A stretch of 64,000 nt of DNA from Saccostrea cucullata (taxonomy: Eukaryota), in the NCBI RefSeq assembly GCF_032062105.1, contig NW_026923580.1, forward strand, positions 1-64,000. The letters are read 5' to 3'. Made by a program: the position numbers and the translations under genes. The notes under the pieces are model-generated. The model ran no database searches. It saw only the letters and a list, made by a program, of their open reading frames with translations, and was not told the origin of the DNA. Positions 36,401-48,351 of the stretch are shown here, piece by piece (the stretch's first letter is position 1; every line of letters starts with the position of its first letter).

Positions 36401-39400
36401 TGCAGTTTTTAGCACACATGTACACTTTATAGACAATAAATATTTAGAGGATGTGAAAATATTCTTGCACTTTATCTTTTATTCAAAACAAACACAAGAA
36501 TACTAGGCTAAACGAGTGAAAATTCCCGAATTCAGTAATGTTTTTACTACTGAAAAGAGTAATACACTGTAGTTCCCTTTTATAGTAAAACTTCCCTGAA
36601 AAAGGAACTGTGCCCAACCTTTTGATAAGTCACTTGCCCACGGGCAAGTGGTTGATAAAATTTCACTTGCCCACCCATAAAATTCACTAGCCCCGAGCGA
36701 GTTAAGCTGTATATCTTATATATTTTTGCTAAATTATATGTCACAGTTTTGTGCTTATTTCTAATATATGTGATGTCTATCTTTTTATTCAAAAAGAAAA
36801 TCTTTTTATTAGAAATAGAAGCAGGTATCAATTGACATACCAGTTTTTTTTTCATTCTTTATACAAAGGGAAAAAAGTATAATAACATTAACTTAACCTT
36901 GCTCCCCAAATTAAACGAGTCAGTTTCAATCTTATTGATACTATCACTTTGTTGAAATTTTTTTTCATAAATCAGAGAAAATTTCAATTTCTTAAATAAA
37001 AAAAAAAATTATGGGAATACCCTTTTCCCAATTGAAGGAATCATTGGAAGGGTTAAAATTTGTATTTAAAACATGCATACTGAGTGAGTGTATCTTAAGT
37101 TAATATTTCTATAATTACAGGAGCAAAGCTTGTTGGTTGAACTTCATGGGATTTTAGAACCAGACTTTCTCCAGAAAGCTGAAGGCAACTGCAAAGTTTT
37201 AGTGAGTTGAAACAATAATTAAAAACTATTCTTTGCCAAAAAAACTTAAACATTATCAAAAATCAAACTCAATACCTTGACAGTCTTCACGAAAACTCAC
37301 TGGTCTGAAGATCGAGGCCAGTGAATTTTGTTGTTGGGTCAGAGACAATCAAAATTCAAGAAGTCCGATGAGCTTGTTGATTATCACAATCATACACAGT
37401 TAATATATTTTAACTGTCTTGCTTGCGTAAATTTAATTAATATATGACATACATAAATTTAATTAATATATTACATAAAAAGAACAAGCATTTGTTATTG
37501 TTATACATAACATGGATGTATTATGTAACAGCCGGAACTAACTAGACTAACAATTAGCTTGTACATAAAATAAGGGAGTATCCTACAACTTACGGCAAAG
37601 AGTGAAAAATAGCAGCTTTTCTAAAGTGGAAGTAGTTACACATGCAAGCAAGTTTAAATTTATAAAGTATGTATTCATTGTTTTAAATTAAGGGGGCCAG
37701 TAAAATTTTTGGTGGGCTAGTAAAGTTTGAAAGTTCACTGGTCCGACAGGCCAGTAAGTTTGAAAAGTTTTCATGAAGACTGCCTTGAATTCCACTGGAA
37801 AGAGAACTGAGATGTCCAAGGGTTTGGGATACTGATGGTAAAATATTACTGAAAGAATATTTGTTGGGACATTTGTCAGACTTCAACATATCCTTTCGTA
37901 TATGTGAGCCAAATGAAGAACTGAAGTAATATCTGTTTTCTCCAGGGAATAGGAACAGAGACACCTTATCTGCAGGTGGATGACTACACCTTTTCTGGAA
38001 AATATGTGGCTCCCGTGGGATCCTATCTCATTTTTGAGGAGAAAAAGCCTAAAGGTAGAAACTTTTAATATTGTAATAATTCAATTAAAATAAGGAGTAC
38101 AGTTAAACTCGTTTAGTATGAACACAGATATTGTGAATTCATGCATACAGCAAAGTTATCTTGGATCCCCAACTATATAAATTTAATTCAACAAATTCCT
38201 TGCAGGGATACAATGTATAACGAATTACAGTTAATGTGAAGTAATTTACAGGTCTCAGTGACTAGACTGATTTGTTGTAACCAAGTTTTACTATACATAT
38301 AATGACAAGGTGGATATATATTATACTAATTAGGGAAGGTGATAAATTTGATTTCTTAGCCATGCAGGATTACTTCTTGGTCTGGCTGTAATTATCTAGC
38401 AAAATTTCTACTGTACATTTACATACAATAGCATACTGTGTATTTATGTAAATAAGGAGTGAACCTCTACATAACTGCAACCTGCCATGTCATTAGAGCA
38501 GTTGCCCTCCTTAATAAATGAGATTGCTTTTCACATTTATTATTTTAATCAAGAAGAAATCATTTAATCAACTGTACTGTTGAAGTGAGTGTACTTCAAA
38601 GGGAAATTCTATCTACAATGCCATTATATTTTGTTGCTACCTGAAGACACATCTTTAAAAATAATTGTAATTATTTGTAAGGAAGTTCTTCTAAATGTGT
38701 AGGAATGTAAATTGTTGAAAAGAAATTACTCAATCATACAGGAGTTGTCTCTCTTAGAACAGATGGCACAGTAATAATTGTAAGATCATGCTGAAGTCTA
38801 ATTTTTCAGATGGAAATAATGCAAATGTTTCAAACAATCATGTGGGACTAGAAGTTGTTTCCTGTCTAGATAGAAAATTAGACATGCACAGAACATTCAT
38901 CTCACCAAAAATACAAGAAAGCTCCACTAGTGCTGAGAAATCAAAAACTGCTAATGCTGGTACAAGTCAACAAGGTAAACTTTTGAAATAGGAATAGATA
39001 TAATCTCCTATTACATGTAATATGCTATTTTTAAATTAGTTAACAAATTAATAGATATAATTCTGTATTTCAAAAGAAAACCAAAGTGTTGTGTAGTATC
39101 ATTGACTTAAATTCACTCACCTCCCCCTTTTACATCCTTAAATCAATATCCGTCTTTTCCATGTGATTAAATTAGTTGGTGAAAAGTACCTGTACTAAAC
39201 TGCAAAAAGTTTTAAAAGTAGCATTCTTTAACCTATAAATCTAAACTGAACAAAAATGAAAAATTATGATTAAAAAAAATCATTATCTGAGAATGTGAAA
39301 TTTAATTGGAGTAAAATGACTAGATATGTAAATGAACCTTGTCAATATTTATAATTAAATTGTTTTTTTTTTTATACATATTACATTGTTGTATCTACAT

Positions 39401-39596
39401 TCTTGAAAATGTTCATGCATATGCTGCTTCAAATGAGAATAAAAAATATTTCTATTATTTATTTGAGGTTTTTTTTTTTCTCCTTCTTTATATAGATCTT
39501 CCAGATACAAAAAATCAGAGCAGTAATGATGATCCAGCCAATGGGAATGACTGTAACAAACCTGCTGCCGAAGAGACTAGTTCAGAGGTCACATAA
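33447..39596 (+). CDS. GTF3C6: General transcription factor IIIC polypeptide 6 (TFIIIC subunit 6), 161 aa
   Basis: Exons 33447-33476 (MDSSEEWEEE), 37121-37201 (EQSLLVELHGILEPDFLQKAEGNCKVL), 37946-38054 (GIGTETPYLQVDDYTFSGKYVAPVGSYLIFEE), 38810-38974 (..CLDRKLDMHRTFI..) and 39496-39596; 486 nt in frame. Matches the TFIIIC_sub6 pattern LVELxG...CKVLGIxTExPxLQVDxxxFxGxY...GxxxIFEE. Confidence 0.9.
33598..35064. mobile_element. Kolobok-type foldback element (TTAA TSD)
   Basis: TTAA-GGTGGAATGCCACACCAA...TTGGTGTGGCATTCCTCC-TTAA. The arms pair over most of the length. Confidence 0.88.
33810..34182. mobile_element. Kolobok-type MITE nested in the foldback element
   Basis: TTAA-AGCCATATATGGCGTA...TACGCCATATATGGCT-TTAA. 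Absent from the mirror arm of the host element. Confidence 0.85.
35079..35633. mobile_element. 555-bp TIR element with 9-bp TSD (Academ-like)
   Basis: TAATCCGAAAAATCTGACGTTTTCCTGGC...GCCAGGAAAACGTCAGATTTTTCGGACTA. ATGTCCAAG occurs at 35070-35078 and 35634-35642. Confidence 0.92.
35827..36620. mobile_element. hAT-like TIR element with probable 6-bp TSD
   Basis: caggttgggcacagttcctttt...aaaaaggaactgtgcccaacct with a long imperfect TIR. TTTGAT lies on both sides. Confidence 0.8.
37281..37782. mobile_element. hAT-like TIR element with 6-bp TSD
   Basis: CAGTCTTCACGAAAACT...AGTTTTCATGAAGACTG, flanked by CCTTGA at 37275-37280 and 37783-37788. Confidence 0.85.
38098..38295. mobile_element. Tc1/mariner-type MITE
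   Basis: tacagttaaactcg...caagttttactata. The internal caaagttatcttggatcccc is shared with the insert at ~25172-25325. Confidence 0.7.
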
Positions 39597-39931
39597 GTAC
39601 CTAAGGTACATGGAAGGTCATTTAATTGATGCTGAAGTGAGCAGTAAATGTATGGAGAGCCAAAAGTGTTTCAAATGAGCAGAACAGTGATAGATCTGTG
39701 TGCAATTCATGGATTGTTATCAGGGTGTATGTTAATGGGTGGACAGAACCATAATGCTGTGTTTGTTTCATGCAAAGGTTTGCGAAATATTTTATAGGAT
39801 AACAAATAGTGATGCAGAAAGAATTTAAAATTGACATATACACATGTGCTTAAAACCTTCTCTAAAAAAAATGAAGGAAACTAATGAGTGTTTGTTTTAA
39901 TTTAATGCATGACAAAATTGAATTTTGTTGT

Positions 39932-40122
39932 CAATTAGCCCCTTCACGGTAACTGCGGTACTGCTCTTCTGCAGAGCAAAATAATAACGTTTGGCGGAGT
40001 TTTTGTTGATAGATAATTAAATGACGTTTTTTAAACAATTGCTTTTACGTCATATTTCACCAAAATCTATCATTTTGCCCTGCAAAAGAGCAGTAACGCA
40101 GTTATCGTGAAACGGTGTATTG
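39932..40122. mobile_element. ~190-bp palindromic MITE downstream of the GTF3C6 stop
   Basis: ttcacggtaactgcggtactgctcttctgcagagcaaaa pairs with ttttgccctgcaaaagagcagtaacgcagttatcgtgaa. Absent from the duplicated copy of this region at ~42950. Confidence 0.8.
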
Positions 40123-40335
40123 TAATACTCGTGTAAGATATACATGAATTTTGACGAAATTGTGATTTTTGTGACATAATATCTGCAATTTTATTAATAA
40201 ATACTTCTAAAAGTACAGAATAATTATTTGTCAATTTGTGTGTATATATTTGAAAGTTTGTATTCTAATATTTTGAAAATTCTACATATTGTTGTAATGT
40301 AAAGATAAAGGGGAGAATTTAAGGTCAACATTTAT

Positions 40336-40857
40336 CAGCTGCAGATCTGTAGCTCTCCGAAAAAATATATTGATAGCTACAGTGCCACCCATTGAAAAAA
40401 CTGTATATTTATTGCGCACAAAAAAGTGTGCTCGATTCTCGATTTATTCTTCCAAATTCTTACCTCAACTGCAAAAAAGGAAAGATTTCAAAAAATCCCT
40501 TTCTCCTCTATGAAGTGTTTTCGTAGTTGACATCTGAATGAAGCATATTGGACCGATTTATCCTTGAAACCAAAATGGCTGTATAAATAAGCGAAATGTT
40601 CGATGATTACAATATCAGAGTCAGGAGGACTATTCACAACAATTATGGGAATGTTTCGTTGTGGAAACAGTGAAAGAATATGTTTGGAACATACGGTTAG
40701 TAATATTTTGAGATTACAGTTTAAAAACATGGAGAAATAAATCGAGAACCAAGCGCACTTTTTTGTGCGCAATAAATATACAGTTTTTTCAATGGGTGGC
40801 ACTGTAGCTCTCCGGTCTATCAATATATTTTTTTGGAGAGCTACAAATCTGCAGCTA
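40336..40857. mobile_element. 522-bp TIR element with 9-bp TSD (Academ-like), copy 1
   Basis: cagctgcagatctgtagctctcc...ggagagctacaaatctgcagcta. AACATTTAT occurs at 40327-40335 and 40858-40866. Confidence 0.92.
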
Positions 40858-40973
40858 AACATTTATTTGCTAATCCTTATACATGTAACAGTACATAATA
40901 ATGTCACACAAAATGAATTCATATTTCTTTGACATATTTGACATGCATGTATTGGTGTAAATAAACACCCAAA

Positions 40974-41360
40974 CACTCTCAGTTCTCTCTCCCATCCCTC
41001 TCCACTCTCCCCCGCTTTCTTCCTCTCTCCCCACTCCCATTCTCTCCCCACTTGCACTCTCTCCCCATTCTCTCTCCCCACTCTTTCTCCCCCCTCACTC
41101 TTTCACCCCACACTCTTTCACCCCACACTCTTTCCCTACTCCCATTCTCTCCCCACGCTCTCCCTCTCCTCACCCTCTCCCTCTCTCTCCTCACCCCCTC
41201 TCTCTCCTTCTCTCTCCTCACACACACTTTCTCTCTCCCCACTCCCATTCTCTCCCTACGTACTCCATCACTCTCCCCATTCTCACCCTCAATTCTCTCC
41301 CCACATCTCTCTCTTTCTACCTCCCCACAATCTCACTCTCTCTTTCTTTTTTTTTCTTTT
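40974..41360. repeat. CT-rich polypyrimidine simple repeat
   Basis: Degenerate ctctccccca/ctctttcaccccaca units; almost no G on the + strand. Confidence 0.9.
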
Positions 41361-42650
41361 GTTCTTCTGACTCGGTTACTTATGGGTCTGTGAAATAAAA
41401 TATATATATGCATAAAACATAGATTTTTGTAAGTTTTTAAAAAATAAAAATAAATGGAATAAATGCTTATTCTAGAATATATAACAAAGTCTTATCATCA
41501 TTAAAAGTTAATTTATAAAACGATAAATTTTGATCTTTTCACTTAAAATTGGAGCTTGCAGAATTGTTAATTCTTGTAAAAATATAACTTCATTTAAAAT
41601 AATAAGGGCGATAACTTCCAACAACAGAAAGTACTGCTTCCCAATTCACAAACTGATCATTAAGTTATACATTTATCTTTTACATGCCTGGAGAACAATA
41701 TCTTTTATGTGCTTATTATTTGCAAGGAACATATGTAAGCTTGAATTCGACTCAAAGTTGAATATTATTTGTTGTACCGGTATGAATAGTTACATGTGCA
41801 GCTTATGTGCCGCTTTCATAATTTTTGTCCTGTTTAGACATTGTAACATTGCGTTGAATATTAACCAAAACGCACTTGCAAAATGACTCCCTCGTTGTTT
41901 TACACTTCAACAGTTATCTCATATTTCATGTATTTTCTTATTGCAAATAAATGTTCGTTTTGAGCTTTATTCACAATTTTACTTGTTGCATGGGTTCTAC
42001 TTCACTAACCATGGATTTAACCGTTGGGCCATCGGCGTAATTTGAGTAAATGTTCACCTTATTGCATGACCTTGCCATGCTTCTGGGGAAATCAAAATAA
42101 TTCAATTACTGGGCAAAAGAACCATTCAATCAAAAAAGAGAGACAAACAGTACAGACGGGCGGACTGACATCGCTCTCATTCGATCACTATATTACCCCC
42201 CCCCCCCCCCCCCCCCCCCCGACGCCCTTTAGCGCGTAGGTGTTCTCCTCAAGCTACATAATATTATAATATTATGTATACTATACATGTATGTAACGTT
42301 ATAGTTATAAAGTTTAATAGTTTAATATTATAAACCGAATCAAGCACAATGAGGAAATCTGTCATCATAAAAAAAATTCAATCGAATATCGAAAATCGAA
42401 TAAACATTTGATTAAAACATATACTGTAATCAAAAGCATTAATTTTGTAAGTAAATTTATTTGTATCACTAGTCGCGCTGCGCAAAAACTTTTTTTTTCC
42501 TTTTTTTTATACACCCCCCCCATTTCGCTTCAAAAGCGGGAGGGTATATAGTAATCGGGATGTCCGTCCGTCCGTCTGTCTGTACGCCCATCTGTCTGTT
42601 ACGCTTTGGAGTACCCATCTCTTATTCGAAACCCATCCTTTACCACTGAT

Positions 42651-42785
42651 TCGGCTGTCTTTGCAGGAAGCAAGCGACGCCTACTTAGTCGGTCTCTCTG
42701 AGGACATCAACCTGTGCGCCATTCACGCCAAAAGAGTCACCATCATGCCAAAAGAAATCCAGCTAGCCAGAAGAAAGCGAGCTAA
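42651..42785 (+). pseudogene. H3: Histone H3 C-terminal fragment
   Basis: [41 protein letters not shown] compared with canonical [43 protein letters not shown]. It is 5'-truncated with small deletions and no histone stem-loop. Confidence 0.9.
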
Positions 42786-42814
42786 GTTAAAGCAGTATCT
42801 CAGTTCCAAAAAAG

Positions 42815-43242
42815 CAAAATTAAGGATAACATGGTGATGTTGAAAGAATTTAAAATTGACAGAAGCACATACACTTAAAACTTCCTCTGAGTAAAGAAAA
42901 CTAATGTATGTTTGTCATAATTTAAAGCATGACAAAATTGAATTTTGTTGTCGAATATAATACCCATGTAAGATAAACATGAATTTGGATGAAATTGTGA
43001 CATAATATCTGCATTTTTATTAATAAATATTTGTATAACTACAGAAGAATTACTTGTAATTTTGTGTATAATATATTTGAAAGTAATTACTCTAATATTT
43101 TTAAAATTCTACAAATAAAATATCGCTGTAATGTAAATATAAAAGGGAGCATTTTAGGTCAACATTTATTTGCTTATCCTTATAACAGTAAACATAATGT
43201 ATTTACATTTATGTGGCATGGTCGTGTAAATAAACACCCAAA
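42815..43242 (+). repeat. Diverged duplicate of the GTF3C6 3' region (~39790-40973) lacking its two TE insertions
   Basis: Collinear matches: gaaagaatttaaaattgaca, gcatgacaaaattgaattttgttgtc, tgtgacataatatctgca, aggtcaacatttat, gtgtaaataaacacccaaa. Confidence 0.85.
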
Positions 43243-45055
43243 TTACATTATACCATTATGTGGACATATATAATCCTTATGTAAAAACACCTCAATACTA
43301 GTATCTGAAATTCAGTTGGACTGTGTCTTCAACCTGGAAGAGGGAAGTTGATGTAAATGATTACTGTTTCAGCTACTTAATCCATGACAACCATTGAAAA
43401 CTATACTCAATCCATAATTAAACATCAAAATCAATCCTCTTGATCCAAAAGGTCTCCAGATGTAGGGGGTGGAAGCATTCTTGTTTTTCCAGAGTAAGGA
43501 ATTTTGCTATTATTATTTTGGGAAGTTGCCCCCCCCCCCCCCCTCTGATGGTTTTTCCTTTTTTTTCTTTGCTTGTCATTTTGTTTTAAAAGTACAATGT
43601 ACTCCTTTTTGAAACGTTGCTACGGGTCTGTCTTCAACATATAAATGATCTCAGAGAGAGAGAGAATAGAAATGTTTCCAAAAGCTTTCTAAACTTGTTA
43701 ATGCAAAATGGTTTGAAATTAATATAAAGACATCACGATGTTACACGTATATGAACCTATAGATCCGATGTAACGGCGATGTTATAAATTAAAAAAGAAA
43801 GTTAAATTAAACACTGAACAGATGTAGCAAGAATGTTTACTATATAAATAAAAAAGAAAACGATACAGAATTTTATTGCACTTGATGTATCCAGTTTAAA
43901 TAGTTGATGTTCAGTATTTAAAATAAGATGTATCTTAATTCCATAATAAAGATTATTAAAGAGATGAAGCAATACCATGCATTAACAAATCAACCATGAC
44001 TACCTCAAGGTGCCAAACGTTGTAATCAAGTTTATACAAGAATATTTAGTGACAGATTTAAATTTATTAACTGTAATTCGTTAACTATTTCGTTTAAAGG
44101 CTTATAATTGCGCAGATTGATAGCGATTCTGATTTACCAGTACCCTAAGGTAATTCTGGGGACAGAAACGGACACATGCTTATAGAGGACTTACATGGGT
44201 ATTAAATTCTATATTATATCTGTCTGCTATTCATCAGTTCAATTTACCATAATCCATAGATTTAAATGCGTTAGGGCTCTAATTCCTGTCTGAATAAAGA
44301 CCATTAAAACACGTCTGTAGATCATTTAAATTTTAATTTGTATAACTGAAGTTTACCCAGTTCGTGAAAAGGGAAACAGAAAAATTGTTAAATTGAACAA
44401 ATAACACTTTGTATGAAATCAGTGTAGTTCGAGTCCCTTGGACAGGATCCTTGCATGTGGTCGATTTTACTTATGAAAGGCCATTTACAGACCATTCATA
44501 TATCTATATACAAATGTTATACTAATACAAAGAGATGCACAATAGATTGCAGTTTGAGCTAGATGTACTGGTATTACACAATATCGCTATGATTGTTCCG
44601 GAATCACAGAATAGCCATTATTTACCTACTTTACAGAAAATGCCCACAAAGAACTCAAAAATATATGTTATTTATAAAACCTCACAATTCTTTGAATATA
44701 CTTTAACAATGCACATTATGTTCATTAGCCCAAAACATATAATTCTAACAACATTTTACTCGTACATGTTTAAAGATTGAAATCAATACATTTTGTATAC
44801 AATCTTCAATATCTTTGATCTTTTAATATACAGTTTATCACATCAGATCTTAACTTGAGAATTAACTAACTCTGGACTGTGTTTTTAAAAGTCATGTTTC
44901 TCAATAACTCGATCAGTCCTACTCTGCATACTGCTTGAATTTGAATTACATAAATATTATTCCTTCACAAAAATAACACTTTTTTTATATAAGTGGTATT
45001 TTATCTTACACTTTGATATAAGTGGTATTTTATATCAGGGATGTATCCAAGTAAT

Positions 45056-46165
45056 TCAGTCTTTCGCATCAAATCCTAAAATTAGAGTCCGTCCATTAAT
45101 TTCTGGTAATGGCGCCGTTTTATGACGTGGAGCCCGCGAAAAATCAGGAGATTCACGTGTTCGAATGAAAAGTGAAAATGGCGCTCGTTTTGACACATCC
45201 ACAAAAGAAGCTTGTCTTTCCGGGGAATGGTTTAGTAAGTTTTCTCGAACATATTTCGTTGGTAAATCCGAGGTCGATATCTGTTTGGGTCCGACCGTCT
45301 GCTTCAAAGTGTTGACGCTTTGAGCAGCTTTGCTTCCTCGTTTAGAACTGCCAAGGACCTGACAAGCGTAAATGTGTCGGTTAGCTTTCTTTTCCACTTG
45401 TTTCACAATTTCTAGATTACTCCTCTCTCGTTTTCTTCGATACAAAAGTCCAGGAAAAGAGTCCGTTTTCTCAGTTCGGAGTCCGTAATCTGCGTAAAAT
45501 GTCGGAGAAAATGACATCTTTTTATTTTTAGATGGCGTGGCAGTTTGTCTCATTAAGGATTGCGAGAGAGGCGGTAAATAAGATAGAAGTCCATGTTGTG
45601 AAGCACTAAGAATCCTGTTCAGTTCGTCAGTTTTTCCGTTCAGCTCCGCAACTGGGTCTGTGGGCGCAACTTTCTCTTGCGCCTTTGTTTCGTTGTCTTG
45701 GGATAAAACCTTCTCATTTTGATCCTGAATCTTTCTTCCTGCGAGTTCCAAAGATACTGGCCACTTTGTGGAGGGACCTGATGATGCGACACGGGAACGG
45801 CGCGGATCAAACTGTTGATCAGGCCGTGGTGAGGACAGGGAGGGGGCATATAGGGACTCCCGACTTTGAACACGTGATGACACATCTAATCTTCGGTTGA
45901 AACCTCGGCTGCTTCGTGAATCGGTGTCGCGTGACATTCCAGCATGCGCGCCTTCTTCTTTGGCGGAAGTATCCTCTTTCCCTTCTTCCGATTTATTCGG
46001 CACTAGTTCCTGTTTCACGCCCAGAATTTTATAATCTCCATCGTCTAAAAATTCGTCATCTACTTCGTCTTCTACGGCATTGCGAACTCCCGGATAACAC
46101 GCTTGTGCTAAGCTAGGTTTTCTGTTGTAAAATAATTTATGTGGAAGAAAAAAGTCTCGATTCAT
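45056..46165 (-). CDS. Uncharacterised 369-aa protein, single coding exon, S/R/K-rich
   Basis: 1110-nt ORF that is GC-richer than its flanks. A splice acceptor (ttacag) lies just upstream of the ATG at 46175-46176, with a candidate UTR-exon donor at 47286-47287. I recognise no domain or TE motif. Confidence 0.8.
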   Translation of the reverse strand: MNRDFFLPHKLFYNRKPSLAQACYPGVRNAVEDEVDDEFLDDGDYKILGVKQELVPNKSEEGKEDTSAKEEGAHAGMSRDTDSRSSRGFNRRLDVSSRVQSRESLYAPSLSSPRPDQQFDPRRSRVASSGPSTKWPVSLELAGRKIQDQNEKVLSQDNETKAQEKVAPTDPVAELNGKTDELNRILSASQHGLLSYLPPLSQSLMRQTATPSKNKKMSFSPTFYADYGLRTEKTDSFPGLLYRRKRERSNLEIVKQVEKKANRHIYACQVLGSSKRGSKAAQSVNTLKQTVGPKQISTSDLPTKYVRENLLNHSPERQASFVDVSKRAPFSLFIRTRESPDFSRAPRHKTAPLPEINGRTLILGFDAKD

Positions 46166-46820
46166 TGCGCAAACCTGTAATTAGATAACTTCGATCTTTA
46201 GTGACCTTATCGGGGGATGTCTCAAAAGGCAAACGATGCAATAACTTACATTTTGCCTCTGTAGCAGCTCTATCTTCACAGAATTGTTCCAGATAGTAAC
46301 AAGGTCTAATTAATTGATTATGATCAACACACAGATGATATCAGCTGATTTAATGCCAAATAAGAATTCAAAAAAGTCGAGTGCCTATGATACGACCCTT
46401 GTTATCTCCAATCGAACTAATACCGCAATCGTTTGAAGATCTCTGAGCTTCTGCAGTGTCATTTGTAACTTTGTGGTATGCGTTTTAACGCTGTTAAATG
46501 TATCTATTGTCGTCGCACCACACAAATCTAAGGTAAATAAAATATCTTAAGAATCTTCTCATGTAAAATGTTAAATCTCCCCCGTACTGCACAATTGTCG
46601 TGGTTTAATCCAGCTTTGTCGCTATTGCACCCTGCTGCAATCTTATTAAATAAATCAAGATTTTAATCTTCTGTCTTGTTTACACAAACATGTTAATTAT
46701 TTTTATTAATTCACTCAGCTTAATTGGCATTGATGTTGTTTGATTTTCATTTGATCATAGCCAAGGTATATTGGTAGGAGATAATACAGAATTAATATTC
46801 TTCACCTCCTGAAATCTGGG

Positions 46821-46965
46821 GAATAAAAACATAGGACAGTTCACTTTCAATAAAAGGCACAATTGAATAAGGAATAAAAGTTTAGGACAGTTCACTTTCA
46901 ACAAAGTCACAGATGAATAAGAAATGAAATACCAAACAGTTCACTTTAAATAAAGTCACAGATGT
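46821..46965. repeat. Three ~50-bp tandem repeats
   Basis: gaataaaa..ggacagttcactttcaa.aaag.caca..tgaataag repeated three times. Confidence 0.75.
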
Positions 46966-48351
46966 CGCAACCTAAACTGGCATACCGGTATTATTCTAAG
47001 AACATGTATTTTTAAATGAAATTTCGATTCAAATTTAGTGCGCCTCGAGTTAGGTGGATGCGAGAACAATTACACATTAGCACAACCACTATTATACTCG
47101 GTACCCTTTTCCGTGTTGCTCCCGATGTTCACTGCAAGAAAAACCACTTTTGCTTTCATGCACATAAAATATCATTTCAATCCGTTTTTGACGTAAAACG
47201 AAACACTCTGCCACTCAGTATTACAAAATATCGTTTTAAATTGTTTCCAATATGTCACAACTTCCAGTAAAATATTCAAAACTTTACTTGGGTACTCTGT
47301 GCCATTTGAACGGGCAATTGTGAACATTGATGAAAGTTAATGCAATTCGGTTCCCGATAATTGAATTATATATATAAAGGCAATGTCTTTATTGTTAACG
47401 GTACATTTGAATGTCAATCGAAAGTAAAAGGATTTTATCTTTTATTACAATCCATTTCAGGCGAGATCCAATGTAAATACAATGAACCAGGTCTTTCTAT
47501 AGCAAATAATAAGCAAATAAATTCCCTCTAAAATATTTAAAATCTTTTTTTATCAGTCAACTGACATACTTTAATTCATCAATATATCCAAGTCAATTTA
47601 AAGTTCTGTAAATATTTATTTTCCTCATTATCATTTATTCTTTTGTTAAGCTTCTCAAGGATTTGCCCATAAAACGGATTTTAACTTTTTTCCCTCGTGC
47701 TTATAAATTTGAATATTGGTTTTGAATGTTTTGGGACTTTTGCAAATAAGAGTCCAATAATGGTCTTTAACAATTTTAATACCACTTCTATTTAGCATTG
47801 ATCATGCAGTCCGTCTTTTTGACCGTGACAATTGATTTTTAGACACTTTTACATCGAGTCCTATTGTTTATAGATTCCATATTGAACCACGCCATTTACA
47901 GCATCGCCAACCAATTCCTATCGCAAAATCTTGTTTGTTTTTTTAGGCTATTAATTTTTCTTCTCTGAAAGGATAATGGCGAATGCTCGTATATTTTCCA
48001 CCTGTCGAATTGATTGACATTTTACGTCAAACATTTTTTTTCCGGATATTACTTAGGCCCAAAATAACCTTGAATAAAATTCCATTTTTCTGTAGAAATG
48101 CACCTGCGTTCTACATCTCTTCTTTGAAAGGCAAACAAATAACACACATTAAATTTGCTTTCTTGCATTTATTGCTTTAAAATCTATACAGTTTTCATAA
48201 ATATTGTCTTTATACAATGATACATTCACTTATAAGTACAATCATTTGGCTTTCAAATATTCCGTGCTACAACTTTTCCCTGAGTTATATAAAAATCTCA
48301 ACAATTTTTTCTGCATTTAATTCTATAGGGTGAAAATATCATTTCCGTTTT

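Noticed and set aside
40488-40862. Similar ORFs at 40488-40862 and 53897-54088 (DRRATVPP.EK)
   Set aside because: They are chance frames in the TIRs of two copies of one non-autonomous element; the frames differ and there is no transposase motif.
40863-41393. ORFs rich in G/E/R or L/S/P
   Set aside because: These are translations of the CT-rich simple repeat.
42196-42219. Poly-C/G runs (also ~32936, 43529, 54747, 55629) and the poly-Pro/Gly ORFs they create
   Set aside because: They are homopolymer tracts in introns or intergenic DNA with no coding support.
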